Shown in pieces: positions 22,757 through 31,940 of a DNA stretch of 64,000 bases. This stretch comes from Cyanidioschyzon merolae (lineage: Eukaryota): NCBI GenBank assembly GCA_000091205.1, contig AP006498.2, one strand, 5' to 3'. A program made the position numbers and the translations under genes. Each line of letters begins with the position of its first letter. Position 1 is the stretch's first letter. The notes beneath the pieces are model-generated. The model had not been told where the DNA came from and made no database searches. It saw nothing but the letters and a program-made list of their open reading frames with translations.

Positions 22757-24289
22757 GTGGTACGCAGCGAGCAAGCGCTGGCGCCGCAGTCTACGATACC
22801 GCGTTGGCGCTCGCAGGCGAATCGCATCGGTCAGGGTCTTGTTGTGTTCCTAGCTGTGAGTTATGTGCTTGAGAAGGCGGTTCCACTGATGCAGTGGCTG
22901 GTGATGCGTCCCAAGAACAAGGTCGGTTCTAGAGCCGGCGTTACTGCGACGAACGTCGGGGCTACTGCTCCAGCTCCGGCTGCAGCTCCGGGAGCCTCTG
23001 GTCTGGACGCAATGGCACGCACCGGCGCTTCTAGTTCGAGCAGCGTTCAGAGGCAGTCATCCTGGACACCACCCGCGACTGCGCAGTGGTCGTCAGCCGT
23101 TGATCTTGTTGAACAGCGCACGAGTCGAAAGATCACGATTATCGGCGGCAAAGGCGGCGTCGGCAAGTCGACCATGGCTGCCGCCACCGCGGTACGGTTT
23201 GCGGACCAAGGTGAGACAACGCTGATTATCAGTACTGACCCTGCACATTCGTTGTCGGATTCCTTCGATCAGGATGTAAGTGGCGGTGCCCCGGTTCCAG
23301 TGCTTGCTGTGGACAACCTCTATGCCATGGAGATCAACCCTGAGCAGATGAAAACGTCTTTGAGAATGCTTCCGGATTCCGAGAAGCTTCAGATGATGAG
23401 CGGTATGGATATGGGCCTGGAAGACTTTGATTCATTGTTCGAGACGCTACCGCCAGGTTTCGATGAAGCGATCGCCCTCGTTGAAATCATGAAACTGATC
23501 CAGGGCGATCCGGCTTTTGCCAAGTTTGATCGGATCGTCATCGATACCGCGCCAACTGGACATACGCTCCGCCTCTTATCGCTGCCGGACTTTTTGGACT
23601 CGTTTCTCGGCAAGATCTTGACCATGAAGAACAAGCTCGGCAACGTTATGAACCAGTTTAAGGGCATGTTCAGTGGAGGCAATGATCAGCAAACCTTGGA
23701 TTCCGCCGATATAGATGAGCTCAAACGGAGCATGAACATGGTTCGCGCTCTGCTGCGCGATCCAAACCAGACAGAGTTTATCGTGGCAACCATCCCGACC
23801 ATGATGAGCGTGGCCGAAAGCGAACGCCTGGTGAAGGATCTCTCCCGGGAAAAGATTCCCTGTCGCCATATTTTTGTGAATATGGTACAGCCGCCAAATG
23901 ATTCATGCAGTTTCTGCAAAGCCCGTCGACGCGAACATGAGACCAATTACAAGTACATCGAACGCGTATTCCGAGACTTTAAGGTTGTTCCGGTCAAGTA
24001 TTTTGAACGCGAAGTGCGGGGCGCCCCAGCTCTTCGGGCGATGGCTTCGCAGTTGTTTGCAGATGACTCGTCTTCGGAACCGGGAACCGCAGCATCAACC
24101 GAGGACACATCGCGCCAAACGACAGAGACGCCTACGATTGCGCCACGCGCGGCCACAGAAGCAAAAGGCGAGCAAGTTGGTGGACGCGGGAACGGCGCAG
24201 GTGCGCACCATATCGCTGCATCGGGTGAGTCTGCGAACAACAACGCGCCGGCAGCGAATACCGCCACACAGCGAAGCTCAGAGCAATGA
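22757..24289 (+). CDS. GET3: GET3/ArsA-family ATPase (tail-anchored protein targeting factor GET3-like), single ATPase domain with N- and C-terminal extensions
   Basis: P-loop ITIIGGKGGVGKSTMAAATAV, then ISTDPAHSLSDSF, DRIVIDTAPTGHTLRLLSLP, and the CxxC pair NDSCSFCKARRREH typical of the Get3 zinc-binding dimer motif. About 125 aa precede the conserved core and an about 80-aa disordered tail follows it. Confidence 0.85.
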   Translation: MVRSEQALAPQSTIPRWRSQANRIGQGLVVFLAVSYVLEKAVPLMQWLVMRPKNKVGSRAGVTATNVGATAPAPAAAPGASGLDAMARTGASSSSSVQRQSSWTPPATAQWSSAVDLVEQRTSRKITIIGGKGGVGKSTMAAATAVRFADQGETTLIISTDPAHSLSDSFDQDVSGGAPVPVLAVDNLYAMEINPEQMKTSLRMLPDSEKLQMMSGMDMGLEDFDSLFETLPPGFDEAIALVEIMKLIQGDPAFAKFDRIVIDTAPTGHTLRLLSLPDFLDSFLGKILTMKNKLGNVMNQFKGMFSGGNDQQTLDSADIDELKRSMNMVRALLRDPNQTEFIVATIPTMMSVAESERLVKDLSREKIPCRHIFVNMVQPPNDSCSFCKARRREHETNYKYIERVFRDFKVVPVKYFEREVRGAPALRAMASQLFADDSSSEPGTAASTEDTSRQTTETPTIAPRAATEAKGEQVGGRGNGAGAHHIAASGESANNNAPAANTATQRSSEQ

Positions 24290-24657
24290 TTGCACCGGAG
24301 GCAGTAGCTGCTCGCGGGGGTCAGGACGTACCTGCTGTTCAAAGCGCCTGGCTACCGACGCGCACTATTTGCTTTCGATTATCATAGAGCGGTGCAACGA
24401 TGGCGCTGCTGCGCTCGCTGCGTGGCAATTATTTCCGTTTCTCTCATGTGCCGTGTAGCTTTCGGATGTGCCTCACGTAAGCGCTTCTACGTTGCGAGCT
24501 AAACGTTCTTCATGCTTTGTGGATCAAAGAATTGGCCCATACTCGCCAAAATTCGCTCACAAAGGGGTTGGCTTTTCGGAGCGTTGCCTGCACGTGATCA
24601 GAGCTCGTGCACCGAATGGACATCATTGATCTCTCGGGCGTCGTGGCTATTTCATTT

Positions 24658-24900
24658 CCATCAGTAGACGTGGAGCGAAAACTTTTCGCGACCATGTAGG
24701 GTACATGGATACCGACGTGCAGACGCCTCCCGGCGTTTTTGGATAGGCCCCCAGTTATCGATTTCAGTTTCTACGTGTACACTTCAACATCTAGAGGCTG
24801 CCCTACGAATTTAGATCGCGTCAGCTCCTCGGGTCTGTTCTCCAGGATCGCAAATCTCCTGATATGGATTGCGGCGTTGAAGTCTCGGTTCACGAACTCC
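24658..24900 (-). ncRNA. Candidate omegaRNA-like structured 3' module of the Fanzor-like element (prediction from sequence only)
   Basis: The region that overlaps the RuvC-III coding end plus about 115 nt downstream is the best conserved part across all copies. It contains two adjacent hairpins whose sequences differ between copies but keep pairing. Confidence 0.3.
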
Positions 24901-26896
24901 ATGCGTTTCTTGCTGCTTCATGAACTCATCAATGCAAGGAGTCCTCGGACTCGTGCCCTGCGTTCCATTTCCTGTTCTGTCAGCTCTCCGCGGTTTTCGA
25001 TTTCCTCAACACGCCGCTGTATGTTCTCCATCTCGACCTTCTGAAGTGTACACCCCAGTTCGTGGTGCACACACGCGATGTTCGGAACTCACCTATCGGT
25101 TTTGTGATATAACGCTGTGCACACTCCTTGTACGCTCATGTCGTTGGAGCGGGTATGCACCCTTTTATGGACGCCCAGCGCCCTGCTCCGTTGCCAACTA
25201 CGAGCCTGTGACTCTCGACCTCCTTCAAGGCGCTCAACTCATGGAAAATATCGGTGAATGCCCGCTGCTTCCCACAGTATAGATTCATACGCCGACGAGC
25301 CCACCTGGGCTTAATATATTCTTTCCACAGCGCATCCCAATGAGCAGCTTGAGTTTTCATGAATTCCCGAAAAGCTTCAAGGTTCGCTCCACGGCTCGTA
25401 ACCTGGCTGATCGCTTCCAGGTGCTCATTCATTCCTGCATTCCATGCCTCAATGTTCTTCCTTGCATTCATTATTCCCGACTCTCGGTAGTATCTCGCTC
25501 TCGCGAACCGCAAAAGACGCATATCTTTCTGACGTAAGTTACCGTCAATGCCATCTTCCGTACGCTTGGGTACTGCGATGGATACGATTTTCGTCTTTCC
25601 AGGGTCCGCGCTGACGACAGTGTCGTTCTCCTGCACCTCCTGCGTGGCAGGATCCGCCTCTTTGTTTTCTGCATCCTTCGTCACGGGCGAAGCGGAGGAC
25701 GGAACAAGACGATCCGCCTTCAAGCGCCGATAGTACACACACGTTGATACTTCATCGCTTTCGATGATCCCTGTGAATACTTTTTTCTTGCGCATTTTGA
25801 GACGATTGAAGTCGAAGATATTCTTCCAGTATGTCTCCCGGTTTTCACCCATGAACTCCTTCCTGTTTACATCGACCTCTGGACTGATCTCCTTTATGAT
25901 GCCGTAAAAGACTCTGTAGTCGATCGTCACAAAATGCGACTAGGCGTCGCGTGCCGGAACGACATCGAAGCACTCCTCCAGAAGCGCAGCCTTCGGTTTC
26001 AACGACTCGTCATTTTTTCCCACACCCAACTCCATCTCCGCCTTGCGTTCGAATTCTCGATTCAGGAATACGAAATAATGCAGGATGAGGGGATGACATC
26101 TTTTTTCATCTTGTCTCATATCTGATAGCTTATCTGCTGGATTGACCAGCCCAAAAACCGCACGATGCTCTTGAGTAGCCGCACGGATCCGATAAGCTTC
26201 ATTCGTGCTCTCTTTCGACGCCCTCTTCTCGGTGGAATCGATCTCCTGTTCATGATGGCAATCTTTCGTGATGCCATTGAGGATGGCCCGTATCGATTCG
26301 CGAGAAGGATCCGGGCAGAGTGCAAACATGGAGCGCATCATGAGGCGTTTCAGGTTCAAGGTCGAATGGTTCTTCGGGTTCTTGATGTACGTCATCGCCC
26401 CGTGGCCGTAAATATCCGCGCCACCGCCGTATCTAGTGCAGTTGAAGCGGTATTCGACGTAGTTTTCTTGGACGGCGTGCACTCGCTCATTTCTTCTCGA
26501 CGCCTCCCCTGTGCCATGCATCGGGTGACGAGTAAAGGTCTTGTTCGAAAATTCTTCCCGAACCTCGACTCTTCCCATGTGCGTCACGTCGCGACGCATC
26601 TCCTTTTCGAAAGCATCAGCCCTGACGAGTGCGTTATAAGAATACTCAAGGAGTACGACTCGACACGGTTTCTGATAGCCTCTCGCAAATTTCACCTGTA
26701 GGGATGCTAAATTTCGCGTAGAAGACAGGCTTTCACATTTATCTCGTCGTACTGTCGTCTTTCGTGGAGCTTTTGACGTCGGGCCTCCTGCTTCTACTTC
26801 TTGGTCAGCTCCTGTTCCTCTAAACTCGGTTTTGTTTTTCGTTTTCTTTTTCTCGGTAGCCCGCGACTCCTGCCCTCCAGGATCCTCAACTTGCAT
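24771..26896 (-). pseudogene. Fanzor/TnpB-like RuvC nuclease gene, disrupted by two in-frame stops (TAG 25940-25942, TGA 25136-25138) and at least one frameshift near 24960
   Basis: Motifs in TnpB order: a lysine-rich N-terminus (EKKKTKNKTEF), RuvC-I VVSADPGKTKIVSIAV, a helix KQRAFTDIFHELSALKEVESHRLVVGNGAG, the zinc-finger lead-in AYKECAQRYITKPIGEFRTSRVCTTNWG, and RuvC-III MEFVNRDFNAAIHIRR (24861-24902). The two ORFs in the track are in the same frame, separated only by TAG-Ser-His-Phe. Confidence 0.55.
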
Positions 26897-27189
26897 TCCT
26901 GTAGCTTTACTTATTTATTTTTGAAAACGAACGCATTTCGAATACGTCGGCTGTAAACTAAGATACAGCACTTGAATGCACTAATTTGAGGGTTGGAACA
27001 GAATTCGATTGAAAGACTCTACGATGACGTCAACGCAAACACAACCTATAAGTTAGATCAACCAGCTGATGATTAGGATCGTGTTTCGCTTCGACGGCGA
27101 GTTGCGCGTCATATCTCAATGGTGGCAGATATGGAGGTGCGCGTATCTGCCGCGCTGTAGAAAAAGAGGAACAGGAACGAACCATTAAC

Positions 27190-27720
27190 GAGCTACGGGA
27201 TCACGATCTCTATCCGCCTTCACGGTAAGCGTTGAAAGAGGAAAAGCGTTCCGCATTTTCGAAAGTCTGCTACCTGGGCGTAAAGTCCCGCGAGCCGGAC
27301 GATTCTGCAAGATTTGGGCTTGATTCGCCTCCCAGTGGCGGGTACGATAGTGAGATCTGAGTCGCTCGTCCGAACGCAGCTCATTCTGAGGCTAGAAGTG
27401 GGTAGAATGCGCCTGGGCGTCGCCCTGGTTGCGGTTGTATCCCATCCCATGGGTTCGCACTGCCGTAGGCAGCACGTCTGCTTACACAGATTACAGGACC
27501 CGAAAATGGTTACATACTCGGACTCCGTATGAGGTGAAGCGTGCGTCGAGCCGATGCCTTCAGGGCTGTGGCAAAGCCGTTCTGTCTCCGTGTTGCATCC
27601 GCTCCAGCGGTTTAGGCGCTATTGCAGACGCTTGCGGCAGATGTTCAGCACAAGATCGACCGTATAAGGCGCCCAGTATATCCGAGAAGCAGTATGGGTT
27701 ATGGAACTTGGAGGAAACGC
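27190..27720 (-). mobile_element. Tc1/mariner-like transposon fragment (3' part), homologous to 39040-39560
   Basis: DNA alignment: ggaaaagcgttccgcattttcgaaag...gcgtcgccctggttgcggttg against ggaaaagttttccgtattttcgaagg...gcgtcgccctggtcgcgattg, and cgagccgatgccttcagggctgtggcaaagcc...atggaacttggagg against cgagccgacgccatctgtggtacggcaaagcc...atggaacttgcagg. Confidence 0.45.
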
Positions 27721-27772
27721 GTGAAATGATGGATGCTTCCGCGCGCGTTGATACCAAGCGCCCAGTCCGGGC

Positions 27773-28756
27773 ATGCTGGCATATGGACACGTTTTGTCGA
27801 CTTTGAAGTCGGACCATACCTGTATAAAATGGACATCATGGATCTCAAGGGCGGCGTCGCCGTTTACTGCGACCGCCTCTTTGCGATCCGTCACCGTTTC
27901 GTTTCCATCTCCGTGCAGAGCAGCACTGTTCGCGAACATGGCAGGGATTGGATCAGGGTTCGTTCCGACGTATACGTTACGTAGCGCTCGTGGCAGTTTC
28001 GGCGAAACAAAGTCTTTATCGCAACCGGCGAGAACCCGGGGACACCAGCGGTTAACTTTCGTGTCGAACGCGCGCCGGCGTTGCCAACTGGTCGCGAGTG
28101 CAGCCGAGGAGCGCCCGGAACGATCTCAAACGCAGAGCGAAATAGACTTTGCGAAACTTCAATTTTCGGAAGGTAATGAGTTGAGTGGTATGGTGTTCAA
28201 ACCGGATGCGGAATTAGCAAAGGCTGGGCCCGATGAGTCCCGTGCGCGACTCGCATACTCGAATGCATGCGAGGAGGCGATTAACAGCCAGATTAACGTG
28301 GAGTTCACCGCCTTTTACGTATACTATGCTTTGCACGCATACTTTGATCGGGATACGGTCGCGCTCCCAGGTTTTGCGGACTATTTCCGAAAGCAAGCGG
28401 AGGAGGAACGCGACCACGCTGTGAAACTCATGCACTATCAAAACAAACGCGGTGGGCGCGTTCACCTGAAGCCGATCGCGGTTCCAGCATTGCACTTCCA
28501 TAACGAGGAGAACTCGGATGCGATTTATGCAATGGAACTTGCGTTGCAACTTGAGAAATACGTGCAAATGAAGCTCATGGAAGTTTGGAAAGTGGCTGAT
28601 CGCGAGCGCGATGCGAATATGACGGATTTTATCGAGGATTTCCTCGACATGCAAGTCGAATCGATCAAAGAGATTTCAGATTATGTTGCTCAGTTGAAAC
28701 GTGTTGGAACTGGTCATGGCGTGTATCACTTTGATCGAGTGCTCGCTGACAAGTGA
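27773..28756 (+). CDS. Ferritin (plant/algal plastid-type, with an N-terminal presequence)
   Basis: Ferritin-like di-iron core [64 protein letters not shown]...[19 protein letters not shown]. About 130 aa come before the core, consistent with a transit peptide. An alternative start is the ATG at 27938 (MAGIGSGF). Confidence 0.85.
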   Translation: MLAYGHVLSTLKSDHTCIKWTSWISRAASPFTATASLRSVTVSFPSPCRAALFANMAGIGSGFVPTYTLRSARGSFGETKSLSQPARTRGHQRLTFVSNARRRCQLVASAAEERPERSQTQSEIDFAKLQFSEGNELSGMVFKPDAELAKAGPDESRARLAYSNACEEAINSQINVEFTAFYVYYALHAYFDRDTVALPGFADYFRKQAEEERDHAVKLMHYQNKRGGRVHLKPIAVPALHFHNEENSDAIYAMELALQLEKYVQMKLMEVWKVADRERDANMTDFIEDFLDMQVESIKEISDYVAQLKRVGTGHGVYHFDRVLADK

Positions 28757-29892
28757 GGTGTCTGTATGATCGGTACTGAGGGGTACGGTTTCAACGAATT
28801 AAGCATCCGCATGGCGAGAGCTTGCGTTCTTCAGTAACTTGCTGAATTCGCAACACGTGATCCGCATGCAATCTGAGGACATGTTGTTACCGGGTGTGAC
28901 GGTGCTGCTCGTGCTGCTCCCGGTCGCGCTTTTCTTCGGTCGAAACATATCAGCATTGGCGACTGAAACTCGGAGCAGCAGCCGGGCGCAGTAACATGAA
29001 GCGTTGTTCGGCATAACATGCGTGCGAATTCGATTAGAATAGCGAGAAAAATGCTTAAAAAATGAAGGAGTCATTAACGGAGAAGGCCAGGAATGGACAT
29101 TCCCTCGACGCAGACTTTTCAGCGGCAGTTCGCCGTGGTCATGGCGACGTTTGCAAAACCGAACATCTTTGGGTATGGCCGGACGCATTTTCGAGGTTTT
29201 CGTTCTATTGCTCCCGTAGTATCCCGTTGCCCTCGTTCACTGTTTGAGAATGTTTCTATGCGATAGCAGCGCTGGTCGCCAAATAGTTCTCCGATAGCCT
29301 GCACTGATTCATCAAACGCTAAAGTTGCCTGCTGCTCAACAACGAACGCAGATCGAGAGCTGCAAGCGACACCCAGCAAAGTACCGCAAGACCGTGCAGG
29401 TTCTGGGGAGAAGCGGTGGCGGCAGCGGCGCTCCGAGCGTGTGAAGCGTACTCGGCATTCGCAGGGGCTATGGATCTCGCTTCGGTCCCTTCAGATGAGC
29501 TCTGCCTTGGAGGCCTGAAGCACGTCGAAACGCCTACACAAGGAACGAGGTCTCTTTCCTTGTCACCGGGTGCTTTGGCGCATTGGGCAGGCAACAACCT
29601 GGTTAGACTCACCATCATGAAAAAACATCCGTCGTCGCAGATAGTGTCCTCGATGGACGCAGTATCCGTGGGATCTCGGGAGAGACTAGCCTCTGTTCCG
29701 GACTGGAACACGGATCTGGTGCTGATGGCGAAACGTCGCGACATCCGGAGAGGTGCGTTGCCCTCATGGCCAGTTGCGAACAGGAATTATGTATCTGGGG
29801 AACGCTGCGTGGTCCCGGCGATCATCCAAGATACCCATGTCAGACTAGAATGGAACTGACTTTATCAGCGAGCTTGGGAGTGCACGATATAG

Positions 29893-30443
29893 TTCGGCTC
29901 GGCTTCCGCTGACATGGACAAAGGCGTGTGCGCGCTTCTCCTCTGCCGGCATCGTTTTTCTCTCTGGTACCTCTGCCTGGGAAGATGTCGATCTCGCGTG
30001 CCGCTCGAGCTTCGTTGTCGGCAACTGAAGAATGCTCATGACAGCGTTCAAGTTCCGGTTACGCAGCTTCCGGCGCTTGCAGATGCATATCATGCACACA
30101 CAAAAGCTGCTCCCTACGCTTCGCTTGTCGTTTTGCACCCGCTTTGCATGCGGCCTCGGTGCACATTTCGCGGCAGCGACAGCTTGCTGTGGTCGGATCT
30201 TCGCGTGTGGCCACCAGAGCACCTCCTCAACGCCTTTCTCGATTTTTCAGCACCAGGTGCCGTATCCCAAGACCACGGGCTTCCTCGGGGACGATCACTT
30301 TGGTTCGTACGCTTTCTGCGGCACGCGCAAGTGCACGCTCTTCGATACGATAGAGGGTGTGTAGAACGCGATATTGTCCATGATGAAACGAGGACTCGAA
30401 GGAAAAGCAAGGCTCGAGCAAAACTCGGGAAACTTCGATCCGT
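29893..30443. repeat. 550-bp dispersed/direct repeat, copy 2
   Basis: See 21454-22000. Confidence 0.85.
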
Positions 30444-31159
30444 GTACGCTCCTATTGTGCAAAAACGACGACGCACGCTCCACTGAAAGCGAATGCCTCG
30501 ATGGCTCAAGTCCGAGCCCGAGGCTCGATTTGGTGCAAAGAGAAGGGACGGCCGCCCCTGTGAGCATATCCCGTGAGAGCCATCATGCCGCTGCAGCTGC
30601 AGCTGATGCTGTTGTGGAATGATATTTCGTCTACATCCACAAATACACCAGGGGGAATTGGCTTTTGGAATGAAATCGATCGTTTGACGCGACGAGTTCA
30701 GAGAACATTGGGCATGAACATGTGATCACGCCTTCAAGGGACGACGTCGCGTTGCTCGCCTCTTCGATCCAGTGGCGCATACTGCTACGCCCACGAGTTG
30801 CCTCGAACGAGAAAGCCTGGCGACTTGAACAAACCGCAATTGTGGCACGCTACACACGAAAGACACGGAGAAGCGTGGATACTTGCACATGGGCATTGGG
30901 TGATGATAGTGGGTTAGTTTATGAACCGTTTGTCGAGTGCGTCGCGAGTCCCATTGATTCCATTGATAACGAACTCCAACAGCAGACCGTTGCACGAGTG
31001 ATTCCGAAAAGACGACCGCGAATCCGAAACCTACCTATGAATCTGTCAGCCGTTTTTGATTGACATCAATTTTGAGGCTGTTTTAATTACAAAAAAATTC
31101 AGATTGAAATTGCAAAGAAGATACTGAGCGAGCTGTTTCGGTTTCTGTTTTATTTGAAT

Positions 31160-31790
31160 AGCGAGTCCATAAAACGATAAACATCTCACGACAATGGAAG
31201 GTAAGTATCAACAGCCTCGCGCAGGCGCCTCCCAACCTTTCTTTTACCGTCCCTCTACCATCCGGTTCAGTTTATCCCAGCACGCATCGACTCTGAGGGA
31301 CTGCTCCACAAAGTCGTATCGTCTCAGCTCATCTGGTCTCGTCTTCAGCACCACACATCCCCTGGTATTGATGACGGCATTGAAGCCCCGGCCCATGAAC
31401 GCCATGCGTTCATTGCCTTCGGTGGAACTCACTATTGCAAGGATTCCTCGGCCTCGTGCCCTCAGTGCGATTAGAGTCCCGTCATCGTCTCGTCATGCGA
31501 ACACCTTTTCTCGGATATCTCCCCTCCTTTCTCTTCTTCTTCATCATCATCACTTGCTCTTCTTCGCTCGAAAGTCTGCGACAATAGGATTTTTATCGTT
31601 CGGTTTGCCGCGCACCCCGCGGTTAGAGGCCCTCAGGATCCTCGACTTCCATATCCATACCTTTCCCTAACATTTTCTATTTCTTCAAATGAACGCATTT
31701 CGAATACACCTGCTATAAACCGCGAAAAAGTATATGGCGATACGCACCTGGAGATGGAATACAATGCAAGTGAGCGACTGTAGGATCATT
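31160..31790 (-). mobile_element. Fanzor/TnpB-like element, miniature copy D
   Basis: The 5' end ggtttatagcaggtgtattcgaaatgcgttcatttgaagaaatagaaaa is followed by a retained start ATGGATATGGAAGTCGAGGATCCTGAG (MDMEVEDPEG, compare copy C MQVEDPGG). This is fused to the C-terminal remnant MAFMGRGFNAVINTRGCVV (RuvC-III) and the 3' end motif ...gcgcaggcgcctccc. Confidence 0.55.
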
Positions 31791-31940
31791 GCCATCGGGG
31801 CGTGATGAATGATTGGCATCGCAGGCAAGTGTCTCGGCCACGTGCCGCGCGGCTGTGCAGCCGCTGCTGACAAGTGTTCCGACTACGACAGCGTTTTGTG
31901 TAACCGAGTCTGGGCAAACTGTCTCTAAGTTCACGGAGCC

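Larger units (their letters stand above)
24658..27010 (-). mobile_element. Fanzor/TnpB-like (OMEGA-type RuvC nuclease) element, near-full-length copy C with both termini
   Basis: Collinear minus-strand ORFs 26896..25940, 25930..25136 and a frameshifted tail reconstruct an about 730-aa TnpB-order protein (see pseudogene 24771-26896). The 5' motif gaaaacgaacgcatttcgaatacgtcggctgtaaac sits 60 nt upstream of the ATG (MQVEDPGG). The 3' tail carries hairpins ccatgtagggtacatgg (24692-24708) and gcgaaaacttttcgc (24675-24689). Confidence 0.6.

Noticed and set aside
25928-25930. ORF track start codons taken as ATG
   Set aside because: The track translates non-ATG starts as M: the second Fanzor-like ORF begins at GTG (the protein reads VTIDY). 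Starts were therefore re-derived from real ATGs, for example profilin at 15126-15128 and the 14-3-3 protein at 59934-59936.
21454-30443. The 550-bp direct repeat pair as LTRs of a 9-kb LTR retrotransposon
   Set aside because: The interior holds intact host genes (GET3, ferritin) and a DNA-type element, with no gag/pol/integrase ORF. The repeats do not start and end with TG...CA. No PBS/PPT-like sequences were seen next to them.
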